A DNA stretch of 64,000 nt from assembly GCF_006345805.1 (NCBI RefSeq), contig NC_042998.1, positions 6,014,001 through 6,078,000 on the forward strand, given 5' to 3'. Shown piece by piece: positions 53,506 through 64,000 of the stretch; position 1 is the first letter of the stretch; every line of letters starts with the position of its first letter. Source of the stretch: Octopus sinensis. Taxonomy: Eukaryota. A program made the position numbers and the translations under genes. The notes beneath the pieces were generated by a model. It did no database searches and was not told where the DNA came from. It saw only the letters and a program-made list of their open reading frames with translations.

Positions 53506-53547
53506 GCTGCATTGAAAAGGGGCAATACCCCGAAACGCGTCTGTAGC
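53506..53547 (+). ncRNA. Minimal type-I hammerhead ribozyme motif (copy 1)
   Basis: Stem I GCTGCA/TGTAGC, core TTGAAAA (U3..A8), stem II GGGG-CAATA-CCCC, GAAAC-GC-GTC cleavage triplet. Confidence 0.72.
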
Positions 53548-53866
53548 TGCCGGTCAAGTAGTGTGGAGCGACTGACCTCCCTTGTTCGAAGGTTATATGG
53601 ATACAGTTTGTGTATCAAATAGCTAACTTAAGGCGATGGCCTCATGGAGCTAATAAGCGGACAGCTTTTTTCTTATCTTTATAAGAATGCCATATTAGTA
53701 TGGCGATAACTATTATTTTCCGGGAACGCTGCCGCTGTTCTCTTTTAGAGAGACTTAGTTATTTTAATATTTCTATTATTGAAAACAAGTGGATGTATTC
53801 ACCGAAACTAGGTAAATAAAACCATCGAACAGAGATTGTCGGAAGCGACACCTACTGGCTGGCTAC

Positions 53867-53908
53867 GCTGCATTGAAAAGGGGCAATACCCCGAAACGCG
53901 TCTGTAGC
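53867..53908 (+). ncRNA. Minimal type-I hammerhead ribozyme motif (copy 2)
   Basis: Identical to 53506-53547, 361 bp downstream. Confidence 0.72.
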
Positions 53909-54146
53909 TGCCGGTCAAGTAGTGTGGAGCGACTGACCTCCCTTGTTCGAAGGTTATATGGATACAGTTTGTGTATCAAATAGCTAACTTAAGGCGATGG
54001 CCTCATGGAGCTAATAAGCGGACAGCTTTTTTCTTATTTTTATAAGAATGCCATATTAGTATGGCGATAACTATTATTTTCCGGGAACGCTGCCGCTGTT
54101 CTCTTTTAGAGAGACTTAGTTATTTTAATATTTCTATTATATATTA

Positions 54147-54881
54147 TCATCATCATCATCATCATCATCGTTTAGCGTCCGTTTTCCATGCTAGCATGGG
54201 TTGGACGGTTCTACTGGGGTCTGTGAAGCCAGAAGGCTTCATCAGGCCCAGTCAAATCTGGCAGTGTTTCTACGGCTGGATGCCCTTCCTAACGCCAACC
54301 ACTCCGTGAGTGTAGTGGGTGCTTTTTACGTGCCACCCGCACTGGTGCCAGACAGAGCTGGCAAACGGCCACGAACGGATGGTGCTTTTTATGTGCCACC
54401 GGCACGAGGGCCAGGCGAGGCTGGCAACGGACACGAAACGGGGCGGTGCTGGCAACGGTCGCGAAACGGAAAGTTCTCTTACATGCCACCGGCACTGGTA
54501 ACACATCTGCAATTTCCATTGATCGATTTCCATTGATCGATTTCGATTCTGATCGTCACTTGCCTCAATGGGTCTTCACAAGCAGAGTTTTGACATGCCA
54601 CCGGCACTGGTAGCACATCCGCAATTTCCATTGATCGATTTCGATTCTGATCCTCACTTGCCTCATCACGTCTTCACAAGTAGAGTTTTGTGTCCCAAGA
54701 AGGGAAGGTATGCATACGTAGGCTGGCTCCATCCCATGTAGAAGGCCACGGGTTATGGACTCACTTGTCCTGCCGGGTCTTCTCGCGCACAGCACACTTC
54801 CAGAGGTCTCGGTCTCTAGTCATTTCCTCAGTGAGACCTAAAGTTCGAAGGTCGTGCTTCACCACCTCGTCCCAGGTTTTC

Positions 54882-54884
<3 letters not shown>
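54147..54884 (-). mobile_element. 5'-truncated RTE LINE (ORF end, 3' UTR, (GAT)n tail)
   Basis: Minus strand RKTWDEVVKHDLRTLGLTEEMTRDRDLWKCAVREKTRQDK*, continuous with the hairpin-module UTR and tail. Confidence 0.85.
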
Positions 54885-54918
<34 letters not shown>

Positions 54919-55274
54919 ATAATATAATGAATGGTTTATACCTGGTAGCTTATTGGTAAAGCAGTCACTTACACAGTGTTCAATATGTATATAGTAAATT
55001 GGTTGCGTTTCTTTACAAGAAATGTAAAGATATATTGCAGAGCTGTTATTTCAATGAGTTATATATATTTATCACCCAAAGAGACACATCTGCCCTGTTG
55101 GATACTCCTGAACCTGTTGTTAAGTATCCCACCCGTGAGGGATTGATGCTAGATGCGTTGAAACAATTGTAGTGATTAATAAAAATTCTTCTATCTTGCA
55201 TCTTTCATTTACTATATATATTTTTACATATACATAATTTTTCTTTATATATATATATACATATATACATATAG

Positions 55275-56215
55275 TAATAGGGGTGGGTGCTCTGAAAGTG
55301 TAGCCATTAGAATAACAATAGCCTGGGCAAAATTCAGACAGCTCCTACCTCTGCTGGTGACAAAGGGCCTCTCGCCCAGAGTAAAAGGTAGAAAGTATGA
55401 TGCATGCGCACGTGCAGCCATGCTAAATGGTTGTGAAACATGGCCCGTGACTGTTGAGGACATGCATAGGCTTGCATGGAATGAAGCCAGTATGCTTTGA
55501 TGGATGTGTAATGTCAGTGTGCACACACAACAGAATGTAAGCACCCTGAGAGAAAAGTTGGACCTAAGAAGCATCAGATGTGGTGTGCAAGAGAGATGAC
55601 TGCACTGGTATAGTCATATATTGCGAATAATTGAGGACAGCTGTGTGAAAAAGAGTCACACCCTAGCAGTTGAGGGAACCTGTGGAAGAGGTAGACCTGG
55701 GAAAACTTGGGATGAGGTAGTGAAGCACGACCTTCAAACATTGGGCCTTACTGAGGCAATGACTAGTGACCAAGACTTTTGGAGATATGCTGTGCTTGGG
55801 AAGACTGGACAAGCCAAGTGACACCGTAGCCCATGGCCTATGCCAGTGGGTGTACCCAGCCCACTTATGGGTACCCCTCATTCACTGGACAATAAACTTT
55901 GCTTGTGAAGACCTATTGAGGCAAGTGTAAATAAATCAAAATTGCTGACGTGGCCAATGACAATAATGCCTGACTGTCACTCATGCCAGTGGAACGTTAA
56001 AGTCACATCCAAATGTGGGGTGTAACCAGCCCACTTATGAGTACCCCTCATTCAATGGACAATGAACTTTGCTTGCAAAGACCTATTGAGGCAAGTGTAA
56101 ATAAATCAAAATCGCTGACGTGGCCAATGACAGTACCGCCTGATTGGCACCCATGTCAGTGAAGCATTAAAAGCACATCTGAATATGATTTTTGCCAGGG
56201 TCATGGATTGACTCC
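55275..56215 (+). mobile_element. Decayed RTE LINE 3' portion
   Basis: AWAKFRQLLPLLVTKGL...GCETWPVT...EGTCGRGRPGKTWDEVVKHDLQTLGLTEAMTSD...AK* (stop at 55821) plus UTR. Confidence 0.85.
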
Positions 56216-56650
56216 AGTGCCACTGAGACATGAAACTTACCCTCTGCAAGTTTATTTTAATCAACAGCAAAGGGAACTATTTTTTTGGAGTGATAAACTA
56301 ACAAAAGCTCCTTTATTCTGTCTTACCACAAAAGTAAAACTGGTATGGAGTCTTCTGAAAGATATGTAAAGCTTTTGGTAGTGGAAGCAAAGCTCTTATT
56401 TTAATGTTGATTCTTTGGGACGAATCATATGTGACTGTTTAAAAAGGGTTAGAACGAAAATGCTAAAATGTATTGGAAACAGTGGACAACAGTTGAAATA
56501 TCATAATGGATGGGTAAATAAGCATCCTTGAAGTGAAACAAGCGTATCAAAGGTAAACAAAGGTATCAACAAATAGAAGAGAGAGAAGGGAACTCAGAAT
56601 AGGTAAAGGTAAGCTTGCCAAAGTTTAATGCAGTTTATATATGTATATGT

Positions 56651-56961
56651 GGAGGTGCAATGGCCCAGTGGTTAGGGTAGCGGACTCGCGGTTGTAGGAT
56701 CGCGGTTTCGATTCCCAGACCGGGCGTTGTGAGTGTTTATTGAGTGAAAACACCTAAAGCTCCACGAGGCTTCGGCAGGGCATGGTGGCAATCCCTGCTG
56801 TACTCTTTTGCCACAACTTTCTCTCATTCTTTCTTCTGTTGGCCTGCTCGCTTAGCCAGCGAGGTGGCGTCATTTGAAGGCTAAAACAATGCGAAGCGCA
56901 TTGTGACCAGCGATGTGTAGCAACATCTGATAGCCTGGTCGGTCACGGTGATCACGGTGAT
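56651..56961 (+). mobile_element. tRNA-derived SINE family D (tail type 2, CACGGTGAT repeats)
   Basis: Same head and middle as 10034-10419, different 3' third. Confidence 0.82.
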
Positions 56962-57658
56962 ATATGTATATTAAGATAGTTTAGTGTTGGATATTCATCG
57001 CGTACAGTGATCCAAGTCAGTCGAATCACTGTCATAGGTGGACAGTGGACAGTGGAAATAAATAGACAAAATCCTTTTCACCTCTATAAAAAGATTAAGA
57101 AAGTATGGAAGACCCTACGTACAAATATTATTGTTACATAAATAAATTCTATCTACCAGTGTGGTGTTGAGCACTCATTCTCATAATTTTACACACACAC
57201 ACAGCCTGCCAGGGCACCCTGCAATAGAATTGAACAATATGAGCACACAGCCATGTCAGTTTTTGGCTATGGAAATAGGGACTTGCCACGGACATGAAAT
57301 ATAATTAATTGCTCAGTCATCAAACAGGTAAGTTCGAATGACCTATGCAAGCTGAAATATCCAAGATATACCTTACTGGGTATGCTGTTACTTGAAAAAT
57401 TTCAAATCACATCTTGTAACGGATTGGGAATAATGTAGATTCAACAGTGGAAGAGTGTAATGACATTGCCAGGTTTCTTTGAATGAGAAGAAACCGAAGA
57501 ATACTACATTTTTCTTTTCTTAAATATGGCATAAAAAAATAATTAAAAAAAAAATGATGATGATAATAATTAGAATAGATACATAGCAACATAGATGAAC
57601 CTAAACATGATAGGATACAGCATTTCGTAAAAGAGTGTGTGTGGGTATGCATATGCAT

Positions 57659-57719
<61 letters not shown>

Positions 57720-58050
57720 CAGGAAGGAGGGAGGGAGAGAGAGAATGAGAGATACACCATACAAAAACCTATGTTGAGACCATTGCACACTGAAATATAT
57801 GTGCTATATATAGACTAATCATCAAAATGGAATAATAAATTGATTAATTAAAATATATATATATATATATATATATTAAAAAAAAAATTCAATTCAAGAG
57901 AGAAAATAAAATAACAACAGACACAACACAACACAACAAGACAAAGACACAAATTATTCGTAAAAGGTCATGTTGTTTGCCTGATTCAGAATCATGATTT
58001 CAAATTAACGAAGTAAATGGAAAATAAAAAAATTTAATAATAACAACAAC

Positions 58051-58082
<32 letters not shown>

Positions 58083-58439
58083 GAATAATAATGATAATAA
58101 ACAATACAAAAAGACAATAATTGCATTGCATGCGTGTGTATGTGTAAAGATAAACAGACCTTACACTATTTAGAAGTTTATAGAGAGACAAAGAGAGTAA
58201 AATGCTTCCTTTTTAACGAGTATGAATCAAAACAACTGAAAAGCCGGGAATTATAAGAGATAAGATGGAATCTAATGAAGCTGCAAACAAATCCAGTAAG
58301 AAATAATCATAATTTGTAATTTTATCAGAATGTGAAAACTGATTTCGATTTGTGCTGATATTCAGCGCATTTGCCATCAGAGTGTTTCGAGGAATCTAGG
58401 GTGTTAGTGTTATTTCTATTATAAATGCATCAACATATA

Positions 58440-58807
58440 GGCGCAGGAGTGGCTGTGTGGTAAGTAGCTTACTTACCAACCACATGGTTCCGGGTTCAGT
58501 CCCACTGCGTGGCATCTTGGGCAAGTGTCTTCTGCTATGGCCCCGGGCCGACCAAAGACTTGTGAGTGGATTTGGTAGACGGAAACCGAAAGAAGCCTGT
58601 CGTATATATGTATATATATATATATATATGTATATGTTTATGTGTGTGTTTGTCCCCCTAGCATTCGCTTGACAACTGATGCCGGTGTGTTTACCTCCCC
58701 GTCACTTAGTGGTTCGGCAAAAGAGACTGATAGAATAAGCACTGGGCTTACAAAGAATAAGTCCCGGGGTCGAGTGTTGCTCGACTAAAGGCGGTGCTCC
58801 AGCATGG
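58440..58807 (+). mobile_element. SINE family A, 3' end running into family E copies
   Basis: Ends at CTCCAGCATGG, then a family E head. Confidence 0.85.
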
Positions 58808-58809
58808 TC

Positions 58810-59320
58810 GCATGTGGTTTAGTGGTTAGGGTGTCAGCCTCATGATCGTAAGATTGTGGTTTCGATTCCTGGACCGGGCGACGTGTTGCGTTCTTGAGAA
58901 AAACACTTCATTTCACGTTGCTCCAGTCCACTCAGCTGGCAAAAATGAGTAACGCTGCGATGGACTGGCATACCATCCAGCTGGGGAACACATACGTCAC
59001 GGAAACCGGGAAATCGGGGCCATGAGCCTGGCTAGGTTTTAAAAAGGGCGCATTTATTTGTGGAGGCACATGGCTTAGTGGTTAGGGTGTCAGCATCATG
59101 ATCGTAAGATTGCGGTTTCGATTCCTGGACCAGGCGACGCGTTGTGTTCTTGAGCAAAACACTTCATTTCATGTTGCTCCAGTCCACTCAGCAGGCAAAA
59201 ATGAGTAACGCTGCGATGGACTGGCATACCATCCAGCTGGGGAACACATACGTCACGGAAACCGGGAAACCAGACCCATGAGCCTGTCAAGGCTTTAAAA
59301 GGGCGCATTTATTTATTTAT
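58810..59320 (+). mobile_element. Two tandem SINE family E copies
   Basis: Second head GGAGGCACATGG at about 59062; (ATTT)n tail. Confidence 0.85.
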
Positions 59321-59999
59321 TTATTGTCTAAGCAAATTGGTTGAGTTATTGACAGAGAAAGCTCAATTAATCATGCCTTCCACAGCTCCACTTAGAGTGG
59401 AATATGAATATATAGGCATAGGCATGACTGTGTGGTAAGAAGTTTGCTTCCCAACCACATAGCCCTGGGTTCAGTCCCACTGCGTGGCACCTTGGGCAAG
59501 TGTCTTCTGCTATAGCCCCGGGCCAACGAAAACCTTGTAAGTGGAGCTGACAGATGGAAACTGAAGAAGCCCATTACGTGTGTGTGTGTGCGTTGGTGTT
59601 TGTACTCCTACTACTGTTTGACAACCAGTGTTGGGGTGTTTCTAACCCTTTAAATTAGTGGTTCAGGAAAAGAGACCAACAGATTAAGCAATAGGATTAA
59701 TAAAAATAAGTACAGTAAAACCTCACAGCATGAGTGCACCACTGTACAAGCAATTTGCTGTACGAACCAAGACTTGTGCGAATATTTGTCTTAAAGTACG
59801 AGTGGAAATCTGCAGTAGGAGCACACAAACTGTCCCATCTTTAAGGTAATTCAGTTAACAAAACCAGTTTCCATATTTCTTTTGCATTCTCTTTTCTATA
59901 ATTGTCGTTTTACTTGTCACTACACCTTTTCTGTTTTAAAACCCATGAAAAATTATTTTGGAGTGAATTTTGGGGCTGGAATGGATTAATTATATTTTA

Positions 60000-60845
60000 C
60001 TCTTTTACTCGTTTCAGTCATTTGACTGTGGCCATACTTAAGCACCGCCTTTAGTCGAGCAAATCGACCCCAGGACTTATTCTTTGTAAGCCCAGTACTT
60101 ATTCTATCGGTCTCTTATGCCGAACTGCTAAGTTACAGGGACGTAAACACACCAACCCCAGTTGTCAAGTGATGGTGAGGGACACAAACACAGACAAACA
60201 CACACATCATCATCATCATCAATGTTTAACGTCCGCTTTCCATGCTAGCATGGGTTGGACGATTTTGACTGAGGGCTGGTGAACCAGATGGCTGCACCAG
60301 GCTCCAGTCTTGATTTGGTAGAGTTTCTACAGCTTGATGCCCTTCCTAATGCCAACCACTCCGAGAGTGTAGTGGGTGCTTTTACATGCCACCGGCACGG
60401 GGGCCAGTCAGGCGGTACTGGCAACGACCTCGCTCGAATCCTTTTATACACACCACCAGCACAGGTGCCATCAGGCAATTTTGGTAACGATCATGCTCGA
60501 ATGGTGCCCCTTTATGTGCCCACTGGCACGGAAGCCAGTTGGCTGCTCTGGCAACGATCACGCTCGGATGGTACTCTTGGCACCCTACTAGCACAGGCAC
60601 AAGTGCCAGTAAGGCGACGCTTGTAACAATCACGCTCGAATGGTGCCCTTGAAGTGCCACTACCATTTCTATCAATATATATGTCTCTATATATATATAT
60701 ATAGACATATATACAATGGGCTTCTTTCAGTTTCCGTCTACCAAACGCACTCACAAGGCTTTGGTCGCCCCAAGCCTGTAGTAGGAAACACTTGACCAAA
60801 GTGCCATGGAAGCATGTTGGAAACTTCTTACCACACAGCCACGCT
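60000..60845 (-). mobile_element. SINE family A split by an RTE 3' end (60206-60665)
   Basis: Halves flank the insert at the internal microsatellite. Confidence 0.75.
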
Positions 60846-61441
60846 GCATCTATCAGAGTGTATTTCATTATTATTTTTAATTACTTAGTCAATGAATTAT
60901 GGGCAGCCCTTAAAATGGTTTCTGAGAACTGCCAAGACTGATGAGAAGAAAACAGGAATGTACACTACAACAATAGACTGGGCTTCAATGCTTAAAACTG
61001 AATAAATTCCAATGAAAGCACTCAACGGTGAAGTGGTGAGGTTTTGCATTTTCTTGAACTTGTGGCTAATGAAATACATAATCCATAGGTTTTAATTAAT
61101 TTCGGAAAATAATTAAGAGTTTAAAGAGATTTAGTAAAATAATTAATTTTTGTGTAATTACTACACTGGTATTAAGAGCATAACTCACTAAAAGTTTCTT
61201 TCATGAACTTGGTGAGAGATTTTTAATTTAAATATGAACATTCGGAAATGAAATGTTTTGAATCACAGAACCAAAGTCAGTCTCATGGGGGCTGGTATCA
61301 AAAGGTTGAAGGATAAAGTCTCACCCTATATAACAATCCCTTAAAAGGACATCTATGTAGTTGCCAACCAAACTTTGCTGTTACATTCCTATTCTACCCT
61401 ATTTTATGCATCTCACCACCCTTATTTTCAAATCGTCCCCA

Positions 61442-61850
61442 GGCACAGGAGTGGTTGTGTGGTAAGTAGCTTGCTTACCAACCACATGGTTCCGGGTTCA
61501 TTTCCACTGTGTGGCATCTTGGGCAAGTGTCTTCTACCATAGCCTCAGGCTGACCAAAACCTTGTGAGTGGATTTGGTAGACGGAAATTGAAAGAAGCCC
61601 GTTGTATATATACATATGCATGTGTGTGTATACATTTGTGTATCTGTGTTTGTCCCCCCAACATTGCTTGACAACTGATGCTGGTGTGTTTACGTCCCCT
61701 GTAACTTAGCGGTTCGGCAAAAGAGACTGATAGAATAAGTACTAGGCTTCCAAAGAATAAGTCCTGGGGTTGATTTGCTCGACTAAAGGCGGTGCTCCAG
61801 CATGGCCACAGTAAAATGACTGAAGCAAGTATAAGAGTAAAAAAGAGAGA
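61442..61850 (+). mobile_element. SINE family A
   Basis: Full-length. Confidence 0.88.
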
Positions 61851-62325
61851 GGCCTCACAGAAATCAGTAAGCCCAGTCGTGCTTCCCTAGAATGCCAAAA
61901 CTCTTGAACACTAAAACTTCTGGCACCAAACTGCCTGAGGGTGCCGATAGTTCTATGATACAAACAAGTGATATGCAATAAAAAACTTTTATCAAAATTT
62001 CAATTTGAAATACTTTCCAAACACCTGCTAAATAATAACAAAGTTACTTTAATAAATTCTTTGTTATTTTCAGGTGGGCCTGTAGAAGGCATGGGTGTGG
62101 CCTTTCCCTCTAGACTTATCAAGTTAAAAAAAGAAGGTAATGGATGTGTGTATGTGTGTGTGTTTGTATGTGTGTGTTTGAGTAGTTATTTTGAAATAGA
62201 TGTTGTTCACTTTGGTATGATTATTTGAAGACAGCGGAAGCTTCTTAAAATAACTAGTTTTCTGCAATTTTCAAGCCAAAGAATTGGTTTGATGGGATAT
62301 TTATTTCTGTGGTCCACTTCCATCT

Positions 62326-62362
62326 AATAATAATAATAATGATAACAATAATAATAATAATG

Positions 62363-62405
<43 letters not shown>

Positions 62406-62436
62406 TGATGATGATGATGATGATGATGATAATAAT
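62326..62436. repeat. (AAT)n/(GAT)n microsatellite
   Basis: Direct inspection. Confidence 0.9.
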
Positions 62437-63038
62437 GTCACAGGCACATCTATTATGTCAATAATTTCCTACTTGATATTTTTCTATTTGTAAATGTTTA
62501 TATTTGGACATCTTAATTCATTCATTTTAAAAAGTCTCTGACAGCAGAACATGACACATGAATTACATACTTTACCGTTTTTAATTTGTTTTTTTTTTGG
62601 TTTTGCTACATTTTTTTTGTTCTTTCTCCCCACTCAACAGTTTCAAATAACTATGTCCAGTTTAATCCGGTTGGTCAAGTTATTTCCCTAATGGTATGTA
62701 GCACAATATCTCATAAACAATGTAACTTAGTCATTCTTTGTAACTGTCTCAATGTTAGAATAACCAATACATCTCACATTCTAACATATTGTCATCATCA
62801 TCATTATCATTGATGTTGTCAATATACTGATGAATTTGCAATGTGACATACTTCCTATAGATGTTCTTTTTTGTTTGTCATGCATCAGTTCATCTGAGAA
62901 GAATCATGTTACAATAAAGTTAGTTTGAAGTACTTTAGAGCAGAGGTTCTTAACCATTTTTTTATCTATGGAACTCTTTGATTACCATTCCATTCTGGTG
63001 GACCCCTGTAACCAGTCAATGTTTAAAAACTAGTTCTA

Positions 63039-63490
63039 GGCGCAGGAGTGGCTGTGTGGCAAGTAGCCATAGGTGCAGGAGTGGCTGTGTGGTAAGTAGC
63101 TTGCTAACCAGCCACATGGTTCCAGGTTCAGTCCCACTGCATGGCATCTTGGGCAAGTGTCTTCTGCTATAGCCCCGGGCCGACCAATGCCTTCTCAGTG
63201 GATTTGGTAGACGGAAACTGAAAGAAGCCTGTCGTATATATGTATATATATATATATATATAAGTGAGTGTGTATATGTTTGTGTGTCTGTGTTTGTCCC
63301 CCTAGCATTGCTTGACAACCAATGCTGGTGTGTTTATGTCCCCGTTATTAGCAGTTCGGCAAAAGAGACTGATAGAATAAGTACTGGGTTTACGAAGAAT
63401 AAGTCCCGGGGTTGATTTGCTCGACTAAAGGCGGTGCTCCAGCATGGCCACAGTCAAATGACTGAAACAAGTAAAAGAGTAAAAGAGAGT
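63039..63490 (+). mobile_element. SINE family A with duplicated 5' head
   Basis: GG(C/T)GCAGGAGTGGCTGTGTGG(C/T)AAGTAGC occurs twice, then a full body. Confidence 0.88.
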
Positions 63491-64000
63491 ACTGTAATGT
63501 AAAAACTATTTTGCATGTATCTTACAATGAAGTCTCATACATACGTCCCCCCCAACACACCTCACACACACACAGGAACTATATTATCGATATTAATCCA
63601 TTAACAATGTATATATGTATTATTTAACTTAATCCATTAAGAATCATTTCTTATTATGAAATCAGCAGGCTGCTATTACAGAACCTGTCAACACAATGTT
63701 ATAAATATCTTTTATTCATTTAAATTGTCATTCAATTTACTAACGTATTTTAAATTAATGATTTTACTTATTAATTCAATAACAATAATTTATATGCAAA
63801 TCTATTTCCTATATTAAGAATATATAATTGCTGAAGAGTATTGAAGATGTTTTTATTTTTTATTGATAGATATAAATTTACACTATTTAAAACCAAACCT
63901 CAATGAAAGATAATTTAGACATATGATTTAATTTTAGAAATGTGTAGTTCTGAGTAGAGAAATGGCAGGAAATTTAACATTTAAATTTGAGATCAACTTC

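Larger units (their letters stand above)
53231..54140 (+). mobile_element. Penelope-like pLTR / retrozyme-like element: partial inverted copy plus two tandem 361-bp units carrying hammerhead motifs
   Basis: Direct repeats at about 53439-53780 and 53800-54140 (period 361). 53231-53436 is the reverse complement of 53511-53716. No substantial ORF; the left end abuts (TA)n. Confidence 0.75.

Noticed and set aside
56651-56725. tRNA genes at SINE heads (also 22264, 27381, 46440-46510)
   Set aside because: A/B boxes are present but there is no complete cloverleaf, and each continues into a SINE body.
59713-59830. Tigger/pogo-like terminus TACAGTAAAACCTC
   Set aside because: Only one end is seen; too short to support.
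62941-63010. hAT-like left terminus CAGAGGTTCTTAACC after CTTTAGAG
   Set aside because: No matching right TIR or TSD found in the window.

Overview
AT-rich, microsatellite- and retroposon-dense animal genomic DNA. The tRNA-derived SINE families, RTE LINE ends and huge introns point to an octopus/coleoid cephalopod (inference). The whole window appears to lie inside one minus-strand gene, the DEAD-box helicase DDX49/Dbp8. Two exons are recognisable (40158-40298 and 9699-9851), separated by a 30.3-kb intron; its other exons were not found in the window. The rest is a layered repeat landscape: many copies of a tRNA-headed SINE (family A), several other SINE families, 5'-truncated RTE LINEs, TTAA-flanked and hAT/mariner MITEs, a mariner remnant, a divergent 28S rRNA fragment and a 44-bp palindrome-rich minisatellite. 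The most striking structure is at 53231-54140: a 361-bp non-coding unit in tandem plus a partial inverted copy. Each tandem unit carries a minimal type-I hammerhead ribozyme with a U3-A8 core variant, i.e. a Penelope-like pLTR / retrozyme-like self-cleaving module. Further hammerhead-like motifs and fold-back hairpins occur at about 4.1, 5.9 and 55.2 kb. Family labels A-F are my own working names. Repeat boundaries are read by eye, and no database search was possible.
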